The translations under genes and the position numbers were made by a program. A DNA stretch of 64,000 nt from the NCBI RefSeq assembly GCF_018977255.1, contig NW_024704743.1, positions 38,256,001 through 38,320,000 on the forward strand, given 5' to 3'. Below the pieces are notes generated by a model. The model ran no database searches. It saw only the letters and a list, made by a program, of their open reading frames with translations, and was not told the DNA's origin. This document shows positions 51,113 through 63,700 of the stretch, one piece after another. This DNA is from Callorhinchus milii. Taxonomy: Eukaryota. Every line of letters begins with the position of its first letter. Positions within the stretch are counted from its first letter, which is position 1.

Positions 51113-51976
51113 TATGGCTATGAAATCATGCTGTACAGCAAGTGCAATACACTTGGCTTGCAGTGCCGCTGATTTCATCACTTCCTCTGTGTTGTGCATA
51201 GTACATGGAAGTTCTTCTGGCATCACCACACAAAGGATGTATATGGTTTCTGCTTATCTGACCTTTGATGGACAATCCCAAAGAGGCTCATTAATATAGG
51301 GGAGTTTAGGTTCAGATTAACAAGGATCAAAGTTTGGCGATGCCAGCATTTGCTTTGGGATGGTACTGGAGTATAACCAGCTAAAAATACGCATTGGGAA
51401 CACTTGATATCTTCCCGCTGCTTGTCCAGTTAGAACCACCTGTTGGGACTTTGGGTTAACTGGAGTCAAGTGGATGAATCACAGAACTCCAGTAATTGGT
51501 CTGCTCCTTAAAGTCCCACCAACCAGCTAGGCTGGTCCATGATCAAAATACCCCAGTGGATCTGCCTGGTGCAGGTACCACATTGACGAGACAGTCACAG
51601 AGCACTGACTTGATTCTGTTCTTCCATTTCTAGGCATGTCACTTTGGAATCAACTCAGCCTGAAACAGGCCCTGCTTACCTCACCTCCCTCCTGGGGTAT
51701 AGTTGCAAGCTGGTTATTAAACATCTGAAATGTGCAGGTTTGTGCCCTCACTGGGTGAGAGCAGGTAGCAGGAACTCCTCGCAAACACATGGTGAAAGGC
51801 ACAGCATGAAATGCATGAGGTAGTGGTTCTGACCAATTCAGATCGTACTTGAAGACCTTTCTCGACAGTGACTTCCTGTCTCTCATTGGTTCAGTGCCAA
51901 GCTCTACCCCTGTTAAGCGTTCTGAGAAGCTATCCCACATGAATTTATATTATATAAATGTAAATTGTTGTCATTA

Positions 51977-52331
51977 TAATAATCCTTGCATTTGATATAG
52001 CGCCTTATTACGCCTTTCAGACATCTCAGAGCGCTTCACAGAATATGCTGTATAGTGAATTGACTGTATGTTTTGTGGTCGAAACATGGCAGCCAATTGT
52101 GCACAGCAGTGTCCCACAAATAGTCGTGGATTGAAGTGACCAATTTTTTTAAGGAATTATTACCCCTGAAAAGCGATTCGCCAATCAACGAACAATTGGG
52201 TTCCTACTTACCTCTAGGTTAACAGAGATGTGTGGAGTATGGAAACTTGCTCAACATTTGCCCTTCCAGGAATCGAACCGAGGTCCTCTCGCTTTCGAGG
52301 CGAGTGCTCTAATCACTGAGCTATAGGACTT
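51977..52331 (-). mobile_element. Young SINE, full length
   Basis: Complete match to other copies. Confidence 0.9.
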
Positions 52332-53796
52332 ATTGTACCAATAAGAGAGGTGGAGCTTCAGCAACAACTGCTTACCTCTGCATATCAAGGGACCAAACCC
52401 TAGATATATGAACCTGGGCTCTCGGTAATTGCTTCCAGCAGTATCATCCCAAGGCTAAAGTTTCCTCATCAACTATTTGACAGACTATTTGGCTAGGCCT
52501 TTCCAGCATGCCTCCAGCATGCCTCAGCCCTATAGGGTGCTGTAAGTGGTTAATGTTGCTTTAACCCTCCCTCCTTGTAACCAGGGCCCCTTTTACCTCA
52601 AATCTACCTGACAGCAAGGTGCTGAACCTCACAAATACTACGAGGTTTCTATACTGGAAATATATAGCTTCAGTTATAAGGAAAAGTTAAGTTTATAAAG
52701 CTTCTAAAAATTGTTGGATAGCTTTGATTTTGAGGTGCTTCTGAAGGTAAATTGAACAAGATATCAGGTCATTGTTAAACTTCCCTCATTCTCTCTCCCT
52801 ATCTCTGCTTGCTTCCCAATTAATGGTTTTATTGCCTGTGAATCTGATGAAGATTCAGCTCTAGACTGAGGAACCGACCTGTTTACTTAAATCGCTGCAG
52901 TGTGCCTCATTATGTGCCTCTACCTTCTCCTCTCTGATATTCACATGTTAAATTGACAACTTTGTCAAGATGCTCCCATCTGTTCTGGCACATTGAAATT
53001 CACTGAGAACGTGGGTTACTGAGTAACAACTTCCTATATGTGTGAAGTCTGCTGGCAAGATTTCCATTGAATCTTACTCTTTCATTTTTGTGGAAAGCTG
53101 GAGTTTGTGTGACAGTTTATGGGTTTCTGTGCAACGTGGTTGTGGCAATGCTAATCAGCTGTATTCAGCCAGAATACAGACAGATTGAGCAACTCTTCTC
53201 TCAGCTATGTCAGACAATCTTAAATTATGTGTTTTAGAGAAGTTGCACGCTAATTTGCAGATTGTGTTACATGTGCATCTGTCCGAATTACTTCCAAATG
53301 CTCGTAATTATTCAATTAACAATTAGACAAGGATTTTGGAGTACTTGGTCATCTTTCATGTTGTTTGTTCCATAATTAAGGGCACCTATAATTCCCTCTG
53401 TACTTGTGTTAACACATGTTATCATCACCCCCAAATTGGAGTCCACTGTGTCTAATTTCACAAATTGGAAAGGATTATTTCAGCCTGTCTAACCTGTCCC
53501 ACTGTCGTATCTTTAATATTCAATTACTTCGATCCACTACAATATTATATTCCACTAATGTGTATATTCTCATTTATGTGAGGTGTTATCTTGTACATAA
53601 TGTGTTGGAAAACTGCCCAATTTCATGCAAATTTTAACCTCTAAGCATTTGTACCATTAAAAACAGGCATTATTTTCTATTTTTTTTAAAAAATTCTCCC
53701 AATAACTCCCACTTCTCAGTCAGACAGCTTATAAACTCATTCATTTGGGCATGGGATCTTGAATTTCTTGCACTGCATTGAGATGATGGAGTAAGA

Positions 53797-53908
53797 TAAT
53801 AATATAATAATTTTGCATTTGATATAGCGACTTATCACGTCTTTGAGACATCTCAAAGTGCTTCACAGAATATATTGTAAAGTGAATTGACTAGATTTTT
53901 TTGTGGGC
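53797..53908 (-). mobile_element. Young SINE, 3' fragment
   Basis: Tail sequence shared with the family. Confidence 0.8.
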
Positions 53909-56071
53909 TCTTTGGCATCTGAGAACTGCTTATTCCTGAAGTCTGTGAACAGCTGTGTATGGATGGTGTATGTTTGGGATCCTTTAGCTTTCAGAGACCA
54001 TTGTCACTCCTGTTCTGTACACAGGGATAACCCTCACTCCTTTCTCTTCACTTCCTTTCTCTTGTTCTCTGTTGAGAGAAGCAAAGAAGAAAAGGCATTT
54101 TTCCAGATACATTACACACAGATGGAAAAATGACTAGAATCAGCCCATCTCAGACACTTTGGGAGGTTTAGGGTATTGTTTCTCACAAACAGAATGAGAA
54201 ATCAGCCCTAAGTACAGCAGCATCTTTTCGCCTGTAATGTTGGCGATGGCAGTACAAAGAAACTGAGTCCCAATTGTACATCTGACATTAAAATCCAAAG
54301 AGATTGCCTGCTGAAGGAAAACTTGTTTGTAAATGTTGGGAAGATGGGGAAAGGGGAAGTTGCATGTTAACAGGCCTGTTGCTGTCATAATCAGTTGCAA
54401 TGTTTTCAAAGGTTCACAAATTGCTGCTACATACAAATAGGGTTATGTGCATCTTGCCCTTTTCTAACAAATGGAAAACAAAACCTCCTCCAAAGTAGTC
54501 TGAGCACAAGTACACTTGGCTTTTAATTCCAGCAAAATAATTTCTGATGTCTACAAAGTGAGGGTGCCCCTTAAGGGTTAATCTGATGTTTTATGGGGAG
54601 CAAGCCAGAACAAGCTTCCAAGTCAAATCTGGGACTTTTCATGTTTTCAGGCAGGGGATCAGGTGACAGTCTCTGATGGGAGTATGGTTTATTTTCGCCT
54701 GACAAGTCAGTATGCGGAAGATAAATTGTCTCCAGAGGAACCAATGTTTCAAAGTGCAGACATCTGCGCTGTTCGAGATGGTTGTAGCCCTTGCTATGAC
54801 TAATCTCCAGTGTATTTCCTTAGTCCGAACCAAATTTATAGACATGCACGAAACATAAAATTATACCTTACTTCAGCTGTTTAACTGACAAATTTGGATT
54901 GGAGACAAGATATAACAAAACCATTGAATTTCCTGTGCATGTTCCTTTGTTTTTTTTTATTCATAATGTTGCCTTTATTCCCAGTGAATCATGTCAACTT
55001 AATGTACAGTTTGTAGACAGATTAAACCATACTTGTGCAGTATTGCTGGTTGTCTGCTGCCTTCCATTGTGCAAACTACACTGTATTTAAATATAGATCT
55101 GAGGGGGCAAAGGCATATTCACCAAGATTATAAAAATAAGTGGATAGATAGATGTGATTTTTGAACAAGCCTTGTTTACAAAAGTGTCTTGCATCATTTT
55201 ACTTCAGGTCTAGCCTCAGCCAGTTTTGTTCTTCAGCGCATCTGAGACTTGGATCTACTGGCCTGCAGGCAGCACCAAGCGTCCAAAAGGGTGTCCGTCC
55301 TGATCAGTTTGAAGCCAAACGGAACTCTTGGGGCTCAACTCTAGTAAATTGCAAGTCACGCTAAAGTTATTACTGCGGAGCTGTTAGTGCTTGAATTCTG
55401 ATTGAAATGATGCTCAGATGAAGAGATGTGGCATTTTATAAAGTGTGCAAATGTATGCTCATCAAGATTTGTAATCTTACTGCTGCTGGTTATCCGATTT
55501 ATTCAACTGTGCAAACTAGATACTGTGACATATAAGTCAAGCAACACAGTCAAATTTCTGACCTTCGTTCTACTTATCAGGACTAGAAACTGTGTTGCTA
55601 CACCATGGTACTGAACACACATATCACAGTGTCTAGTTTGTGCATTATTTATATGAAAAAAGGTTAGCTATGTTTTATATTCTGTATTATCTATATCAGG
55701 GATATTATCTGATGCAATTAAGGTAAATGAGGTGCCCCTACCACCTCTTCCAGAGTTGCTTTTCTCAGTGCTTTTGTAGACAGCAAGATAAAACACATCC
55801 TCTCTAGTACTGCTAACTAGCACTGTTCTGGTTACACACGGACAGACTTGTCTTTCTGCTCGTACATCGCTGGCTTGTTTGCAGCTTCCCCTATTATTGA
55901 GAGATCACAAGGGAGGTACAGTTGAAGAATGGTGTTCAGATCATTTGATCTTATCCTTCCAGAATACCCACCCAGAATGTTGTACTTACCCAACCGCCTT
56001 CCCATTTCAGCATTAAGATCAAAACATATCCGAATCCCCCATTCTAGTTTCCATCATATTTCCTGATAACC

Positions 56072-56796
56072 TGGGCCAATAGAAAAGTGCGCCATAATTT
56101 TTCCACGGAATCCGTTATGAATAGCGTCTCCCACTGTCAAGCCACTAAAAAAAATTAAGTGTCTGGCTCCTGGGCTCTCGCGCTATTTACTTGGCACAAC
56201 TGCGGGCACAACGGCTCCGGAACCGCATACGCAGTGCAACGCAAGCGGGGAATGGGCTTCACTCCATTCAGAGACCCCACTGCTGTGATTGTCTGTGTGT
56301 GTATATGTGTTTGTGGGTGTCCCTGTGTAAGTGTCTCTCCTCCGTCTGTATGTGTTTGTGAGTGTGTGTGTGCCTGTCTCTCCTCTGTGTGTGTGTGTGT
56401 CTCTCTCTCTCTGTGAGAATATGTGTCTATCTGTCTGTGTGTGTGTCTCTCTCTCTCTCTGTGAGAATATGTGTCTTTCTGTCTGTGTGTGTGTGTGTCT
56501 CTCTCTCTCTTTGTTTCTATGTCTGTGTGTAGTGCCGAGCCCTGAGAGGCAGGAGATGGGGAGCTCCTGTAGCCCCGCAATCAGGACGCTGGACCTGAAT
56601 GTTTGTTTTTTGACGGATCTTCGGGCCTGCGCTGGTGTCTCTTCCCCCCCCACAAATGGGCCACTCAGTTTATATTAAAGTGGTTGGCAGTAAAATGTAC
56701 CCAATAGCACCAATCAAAACCCTGAAATATTCTGCAAAATTTGTCAGATTTCTCCGGAATCTTTGCCAAATATTTCCGCACTTCTCTATTGGCCCA
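56072..56796. mobile_element. Unclassified TIR-bounded non-autonomous element, copy B
   Basis: 20-bp TIR TGGGCCAATAGA(A/G)AAGTGCG (19/20 match); GATAACC direct repeats at 56065 and 56800. Confidence 0.75.
56293..56530. repeat. Compound (TG)n/(TC)n repeat with a duplicated ~45-nt unit, inside TIR element B
   Basis: ctctctctctgtgagaatatgtgtct occurs twice in tandem units. Confidence 0.9.
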
Positions 56797-56806
56797 ACCG
56801 ATAACC

Positions 56807-57000
56807 CGTTCAAACCACTAATCACTCTCAGAAAAACATCCCGGTCCGTTTTAAAATTGCCCTTCACAAACCTGAATCTGAACTCTTGCTTAGCTGCTTT
56901 GTGGTTCCAGCAGATAGTTCTTAAATTAATTTTCGAGCAATCTTGCTCGTCCACAGTTTCTATGGTGTCACTAATGCCATGAAGTCCTCCCCACTGTTTA
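56807..57000 (-). mobile_element. Degraded CR1 ORF2 end, probably split by the TIR element
   Basis: FRFVKGNFKTDRDVFLRVISGLNGL resembles the CR1 ORF2 C-terminus. Confidence 0.5.
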
Positions 57001-57399
57001 AATGAGCACCGATAGTCTAGGATATTACTGAATACCTTTAAGAAAAAGTGGATCCGCATTATAATGTGGGATCAGACGTGAACCGAGTATGAACTGAATA
57101 AAGCTGTCAACATATCCTAGAGTATGTGTGCATTGTGCAATATGCCATATTTCAAAGATCAAATTGTCCTATGCATTTTGGGGTGGGAATGAAGGGGCAT
57201 TCCCTCCCTCTCCCCCACCCCGACAAGCTTCACTTCTGAAGATAATTCAAGTTATGTTAATTTTACTTGTGTAGAAAAAACATAATTTGTTCCCTCGGAT
57301 TTCTTTCTGTGTTGGCTAAAAGAAAGAATAAATGCTGAATATTTCTGATTTAAAGGACCCCTAACTGGACTGGATTTTTTTTTGTGTGACAATTTTTAC

Positions 57400-57510
57400 A
57401 TTTCGCCCACAAAATATACAGTCAATTCACTTCACAGTATATTCTGTGTAGCACTTTGAGATGTGTCGATGTCCTGATAAAGCGCAATATCAAATGCAAA
57501 GGTTATTATA
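57400..57510 (+). mobile_element. Young SINE, 3' fragment
   Basis: tttcgcccacaaaatatacagtcaattcac... Confidence 0.8.
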
Positions 57511-57744
57511 TTACATTTACTGTGCATGTAAAAACTTCTAGAATTCCTAACCAGTGAAAAAAAACTTTTCTCTAATTTTATATTTAAAGTAAAACTTTCA
57601 ATTAGTCCTTATAACTGCACATTTATTTAATCAGGATTGCTGTTTGACCTACTTGCTTCTGCTAGACATGTCCTTTCAAATGGTGCAGTTTGTAATGTAG
57701 TGCAATAAGTAAAGTAATTGATTTAAAATATAAAGCTTTATCAG

Positions 57745-57910
57745 GCTATGTATTTAAAGGAGTATTCCTACTCTTGAAAGCTCTTGCACAGTCAGAGGAC
57801 GTTGTTGGAGCTAAAACTAAAGTAATTACGGTAGACTGTGATTCATGCATATTTATACCCTGATGAGCGGCTTAGCCTCCAGAGCTGTGCTCTGAGTCAG
57901 TCAGTGTATA
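57745..57910 (+). promoter_or_regulatory. Candidate internal promoter upstream of the 58078 exon
   Basis: TATTTAAA at 57751, AP-1 site TGAGTCA at 57893 and variant TGATTCA at 57839, in sequence with no recognisable repeat; motif evidence only. Confidence 0.3.
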
Positions 57911-58077
57911 GCATCCCTCAGGAGAGTGCTGCTGGTTTATGAAGTCATGTCACTGGGCCAAGAGTGCAAATCTGTGAAAACCTTTCTGTGAAGAGTCTGA
58001 GTCCAGTGCAGGATGAAGAGGACTGAGACCTCCTAGACGTGTTTAACCTAGACACTGTCAGCCCTCGAGCTCTGACC

Positions 58078-58186
58078 ATGCCAAATGAAGTTAAAGAAAT
58101 CCATTCACTGAAGTCAGTCTGTTCAGTGAACTCTTCTTACAGTCCCAGACCCTCTAGCAACTGCAAGTTCTGGATTCTTGATTTAG
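58078..58186 (+). CDS. Candidate alternative first coding exon of TRIO (phase 1, would join the post-SH3 exon)
   Basis: accATG start, 36 codons+1 nt MPNEVKEIHSLKSVCSVNSSYSPRPSSNCKFWILDL, donor TAG|gtaaga; in-frame upstream TGA at 58024. Confidence 0.55.
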
Positions 58187-59049
58187 GTAAGAATTAGAGT
58201 CAGCATCTGAAGTTCAGCTTGTCTCATGTTTCTATAAATTTGTCATTTAGGTGCAATGTTTGAGCACAACAATTTGATTTATTTTGGACTGTGAGAGAAA
58301 CTAAAAGGACAAAAATATGTTTCAGTTTATCAAAGGAATGTTTACACGACATAACTAGCTATTTCTTTCTGTTGTAGACACTTTTATGGCATTATTTTTT
58401 ATTTAATTGCCCATATGTATTCCTTAAGTTCTGAGGAACATGCAAAGTGCTGGGGGAAATTCAAGATACAAAGGTGAAGTAATAAGTAAAATGTTCCATG
58501 AAGAGAGAGCACACAGACGTATTGCACTCATTACTGTACAGCTCAACAATGATTATTTAATACAAGATGCTATGGCTTTGTATTATTCATTGCAGATTAC
58601 TTCATTCTTTGTGCACAAAATGTTGTTGCTTTTTTAAAATATTTTAATTTCCATAGGAATACTAATGTCTTATTTTGTGTAAGTGACAGAGTATAAGCAT
58701 ATTTTTCACCGTCTTTAATTGGGTGATAAATGACGCTGGGAAATTGAAAGTCTGGAGTTAAAGTCAAACTGGCTGAAGACATTCCCTGTTTCACTGTTAC
58801 AATTTCCTGATTTTATGCCTAGTGCTGATTCTCTTGTATTGAAATAGCATACAGTTTATGATATTAACTACCCCGGCATTCCCCTCATCCACAACTGGTA
58901 GAAACCTATATCACTAGGAATATGTTACACAAATGTTGAGATTCTATTGTTCTTTAACAGTGAGCATTTACTGCTTAAAGTTTCAAAATACAGTTACTTT
59001 TTCCCTGCTGATTCTCTGCAGCACCTAACCATGAACCAATCCACTTGGC

Positions 59050-59300
59050 CAGACAGAGCATGTTAGGTTCCAAGTTTCCTTCCTGTTTGGTATCACCAAA
59101 CCAGTGTGGGTACCACTGACTAGGGTGGTTGAAAATTCAGGCAAGGTTCCTCCTCCTGGTTTAATATCCATTGTTCCTTGCTAGGAATGTATGTGTGGGC
59201 GAGGGTACGATTTGGGGCTCATGTGATGGCCCTCCATTTGCATGTATCCGGACTCATCTATGAAGAATGGTTAGTTGTTGTACATCACAAGAGAGCCTGT
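59050..59300 (+). mobile_element. Ancient SINE relic, same family as 31745
   Basis: aaaattcaggcaaggttcctcctcctgg...tgtgatggccctcc...atgaagaatgg. Confidence 0.5.
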
Positions 59301-60069
59301 CTCTGCACGTCCGAGCATGATGGACTCCTTTGTGGAGGGGCAGAGGGGGAAAACTGGGGAGCAAAAAAAAGAGAAAATTCTTAGCCCAAATGTCCAGGGT
59401 AAACCTCAGTGGTGGGTCAGACAATTCATGCATCGAAAAAAGAACACAGTTAACAGTGAAAATGAATGTGTACATTTCACATGTACGCATTAATCATCAA
59501 TATCTTGAACTATTTTCTGTGCAAATAAACACAGAAACAAGCATTGAAATCTGGCCCCCATGACACACCAGCTGGTTTGCAACAATTTGAACTCAGTGGC
59601 TAGCACTATATATTGAGAACTCCCAGCTATCTGCCCCCTCCCAATCTTTTGTTCTAGGATTTTCTTCAGGATTGACTTCATTTTTAAACTAATTGGCTCA
59701 TTGTTACTCTCACTTTTTATGGGATGTTACTGGCACAGATTAGTTGCTGCAAAAAAGCATCTGTTTTGTAACATTTATTTCATTTTGAATATATTAGATA
59801 TTTGTAAAGCATTTAAGATATTTGTTTTTGTATGAGTTATTATTAACTGTTCCATTCTAACTATAGAAAGCAGTTTCCTTCACATTACTTTGCTTACCTT
59901 TCAAAAGGTTATCCAACAAAGTGCAGACAGTGGTGTGCTTCAAAGTCTACCTGAACAGTCATTTTGCTCAGCATCATGAATGTGCTAGTTAAACAGCTAT
60001 AAGGAACCCCTCAGTTCCACAGTCCCTTTTTATTGTTGTCAGGCTGAGCAGATTTGCAGATGCAGATGT

Positions 60070-60485
60070 TAGCCTGGCTCAATTGATAGCACTTCTGCAT
60101 CTAAGTTCAGAGGGTTTTAGGTTCAATCCCCTTGTGGGATCTTTGAGCTCATCGTCTAGGTTGACACTCCCCTGGGGGAGTTCTACATTGTTGGAGATGC
60201 TGGCCTTCAGGTGAGCCGTTAAACTAAGGTCTCATCTGCCTGTTCAAGTGGAAGTTGAAGATCCTTTGCACTGTTAGAAAAGAGAAGAGAGCTTCTCCCA
60301 GTTTCCTGGCCAACAATCCCATAAATCATATTCATGATTCACTTCATGACTGTTTATGGGGTAGAGTTGAGTGCAAATTAGCTGTTGTATTCACCTACAA
60401 ATACACGGTCACTACACTTCACAGTAAATTCCATGAAGCGCTTTGAGACATTTCAACGTGATAAGATGCTGTAGCAAATTTAAAT
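60070..60485 (+). mobile_element. Old DeuSINE, full length
   Basis: agcctggctcaattgatagcac head shared with the 19400 copy; cgttaaactaagg and aagatcc Deu motifs. Confidence 0.8.
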
Positions 60486-61937
60486 ACTACTAGTAGTATT
60501 ATGTGATCAGTGGTAGTAACATTCCCTTTAATTCCCCATATCTTGTGTGGTGCAGTCTTTTTGGAAAAGCTAAGAATTTGCTGGGGAAGCTGAATGTTGC
60601 AGATCTATATTATTGGTTTGTCTCAGCAAATGCGAGAAAGAAAAGGAATGTGCTGCAAGGGATGTTCAGGTACAGGATGTTGTGACAGAAGATAGTATAA
60701 GGAGAATTTAAAGAATGCTAGCATCTCTAGATNAAAAAAACAGAGCTTCACACTTTGAAAATGATGTTATCCACTATCAGATGAGGATATTTGTAATACA
60801 CAAAACTACATGTATTACATTTTCCTGTGGAAATGTTATTTTAAATTTTAAGTAAGCATCATCTCTCGCAATTAACCTTTGGTATTAATACCACTAACTG
60901 TCTAAACTTGTTAAAGTACAGTTGTTCTTTTGTTATTTGGGAAATAATTTTGCTTTTTTTCCCACCCTTCTCATGGGAAAATTACATTTCACAGAAAAAC
61001 AACTTTTGGTCTTGAGATTGATGTGAAAAAACATTAATGTGGATACTTGAGAGCTTGTTTTATCTTTCCCAACTTACAAAATATGTAATTACATTACCAG
61101 GGATAAGGCTTTTAATTACAGCTGCGTTTGTGTGGAGTTCTTGTTTTAGAACTTGTCCAAGATATTGTCCGGTATGTTGAAAAAGTGAATAATTCTCGAA
61201 GCCAGCCCAGAAAAATCTTCCCACGTAGATGTAAAGCTAAACAGCAGCAAATTGTTTTTTATCTTGATTTTACTTTCTGAGAATATGGATACTTTTTGTA
61301 AGATTGAGTGAGAAATACCTTGAAAGTAAACTTAATCTTATTTGGGGCCCTTAATAAACATTCTTTGCAATTCACGTTCTTGAGATTAGTTGAAAATTTT
61401 TACATTTTGAAAAATCCTTTAGTTAATGATATCATTGACTAAGGCTTTTTGAAAATCAAGAAGGTTTTCAATAATTAATTACATGGAATCAGGGCTGCTC
61501 ACAGCTAGTCTAAAACTGCTAATTTAACAGAAAATAGATGTGTGATTTGCGAAATTCAGAAACTAAATTGATTGCATTAATACAAGCATCCACTTAGGGA
61601 TTTCATCTTTTTGAAATTAAATCTCAAAATGGCAAGTATGAAAAGAACTGCAGACTAGCTGAGGTTTAGGATTCTTAGGTCATGAATTTTCCGAATTCGA
61701 AGTTACATTAATAACGCAATAGATCTGGTTTACAAACACAGGACAACCTCTTCATTACATGGTATCTTGGATCCAAATAAGATACTGTGTAATAAAGAGG
61801 TTGCCTTGTATTTGCCACAAGTTCCACTTCCTGCACGTTTTCTGAAATGATATCAGTAGTAATTTCTGCGCATAGCATTCCTCTGTAGGAAGTGATGGCA
61901 ATAGTGACCTGATGACCTGGAAACCAACATTTTATAG

Positions 61938-61970
61938 CATCGGAGGGCAGCTGGTCGACCCTGGAAGCAG
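61938..61970 (+). CDS. Candidate 33-nt cassette microexon (phase 1-1)
   Basis: tttatag|CATCGGAGGGCAGCTGGTCGACCCTGGAAGCAG|gtaaac; stop-free in the required phase (ASEGSWSTLEA). Confidence 0.3.
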
Positions 61971-61977
61971 GTAAACT

Positions 61978-62800
61978 GTCTTGTGCGGCGTTCCTCAGGG
62001 CTCTGTCCTTGGTCCCCTCCTCTTCAATATCTATGCTCCCTCTTGGTGACATCATCCGCAGACATGTATGCGGATGACACCCAACTCTACCTCTCTGTCT
62101 CCACCCTTGAGAGCTAACTTTCTTAGGTTGAACGTCAACAAGACCGAGGCTCTCCTGATTGTCTTCTACCACCACCTCCTCACTTTAGACTCTGACAGCA
62201 CCACCACTGTCTCACAGCGCAGGCCGTCGAAACCCTCATACACGCATTCATAACATCCAGGCTTGACTATGCAAACTCTTTGCTTGTTGGCCTCCCCAAC
62301 CCCTCCCTCCATAGGCTGCAAATCATCCAGAACTCTGCAGCCCGTGTCCTCTCTCGCACCAGGCTCCGTGACCCTATCACCCCCATCCTCGCCCGACTCC
62401 GCTGGCTTCCTATCACACAGTTCAAGATCCTGGTCCTCACCTTCAAAATCCTCCATGGCCTCACTTCCCCCTGCCTCTGCGACCTCCTAACCCCCTACTA
62501 ACCTGCTCACTACCTCCGCTCAGCGGGCTCTAGGCCTGCTTCACATCCCCCGCCTCTCCACCCCACCATTGGCGGCCACTCTGCCTGCACTCTCTGGAAC
62601 TCCATTCCGCAGTCCCTCTGCCTTGCCCCTCCCTTGCCTCTTTCAAGACCCATCTCAAGACCCTTCTCTTCAACTGTGCTTTTGATCTCCCTCCTTCTCT
62701 TCACCCTCCCCAATCCCCAGCTCGGGTCCGAAACATTGACAGTCCAGTGCCTTGGGACGTTCTCCCTACGTGAAAGGAGCTATACAACTGTAATTTTGTT
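61978..62800 (+). mobile_element. L2-clade LINE 3' relic
   Basis: GVPQGSVLGPLLFNIY, YADDTQL, LQIIQNSAARVLSRTR..ITPILARLRWLP; tail gccttgggacg...gtgaaagg. Confidence 0.9.
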
Positions 62801-63009
62801 TTTGTTTTTACCAGTATAGCGTGGGTCCACAGTTGACCTGTGATATAAGTGAATCCATGCTTAAACTAATGGATTCTAATGGGGGCCATCCCATATCACA
62901 AGCTAGAGCTCCTCACAAACTTGTTTTATGTTGTCCGTGTGAGTGGGCAAGGGTTCAGTAAGACCTGTAAAAAAAAAAAAAAAAATTTCAGAATTATGAT
63001 TTGGGCACA

Positions 63010-63158
63010 ACAGTTTTTAGGACACTACTTGCGCAGTTGGTTGCCATGTTTCACCACAAAATATACAGTCAATCCACTTTGCTGTATATTCTGTGGAATG
63101 TTTGAGACGTCTCAAAGACGTGATAAGGCACTATATCAAATGTAAGGATTATTATTAT
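63010..63158 (+). mobile_element. Young SINE, 3' half
   Basis: Deu-like segment plus tail. Confidence 0.8.
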
Positions 63159-63534
63159 GCAGTAACATCACTGAAGCTTGAGACAAAAGAGATCTATGTA
63201 TTAAACTTCCCAGTAAATACAGAATTAGAAATGCCTTTTGATGAGATAAAGGCAATACAAACCTAATCTGCTATAATGAGCTTTATATGGTTTACAGCTT
63301 TGATACTTAACTTGTTCTTGCCAGCTATTTTTTATTCCTAACTGTATTGATCACAAAATGGTAATACGGCAACTTCTTGTGCTTCCTAATATAAATGTTG
63401 GAAAGATTGATTTAGGTTTTGTGTTCAAAGTTAATTATTTTCTGCTAAAGTTGTAGTTTTAGCATTGAATTGTCACTACAAAAAAATTAATGATACCAGA
63501 AAAGTTTAGGGGCACTAGGAAGCCCAATTTACTA

Positions 63535-63700
63535 GCAGCATCCTGTACCTCTAAGACCTGGGCTTGAATCCAGACAAGATAAATGAGATGAAAGTCTGCT
63601 CTGTTTTGGCTGCAAGAAGAGCTATGCGAATTCGATTGAGACAATCTCAACTCCACTCATAATGGATGTAGATCCACAGCATAAAAGTGGTCATAATTCA
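63535..63700 (+). mobile_element. LF-SINE-like relic
   Basis: cctgtacctctaagacctgggcttgaatccag...ctatgcgaa...tctcaactcca...tccacagcataaaa parallels the LF-SINE 5' body as remembered. Confidence 0.5.

Noticed and set aside
52250..52331. tRNA genes at SINE heads
   Set aside because: The tRNA-like A/B boxes are always attached to the SINE body and are diverged; no intact cloverleaf is supported.
55208..55364. Possible terminal exons after SH3 (GLASASFVLQRI* or AHLRLGSTG...KSR*)
   Set aside because: Only generic acceptors, with no recognisable homology or adjacent poly(A) signal.
56155..56678. Long ORFs on both strands
   Set aside because: They are translations of the TG/TC repeat (poly VC or TH).
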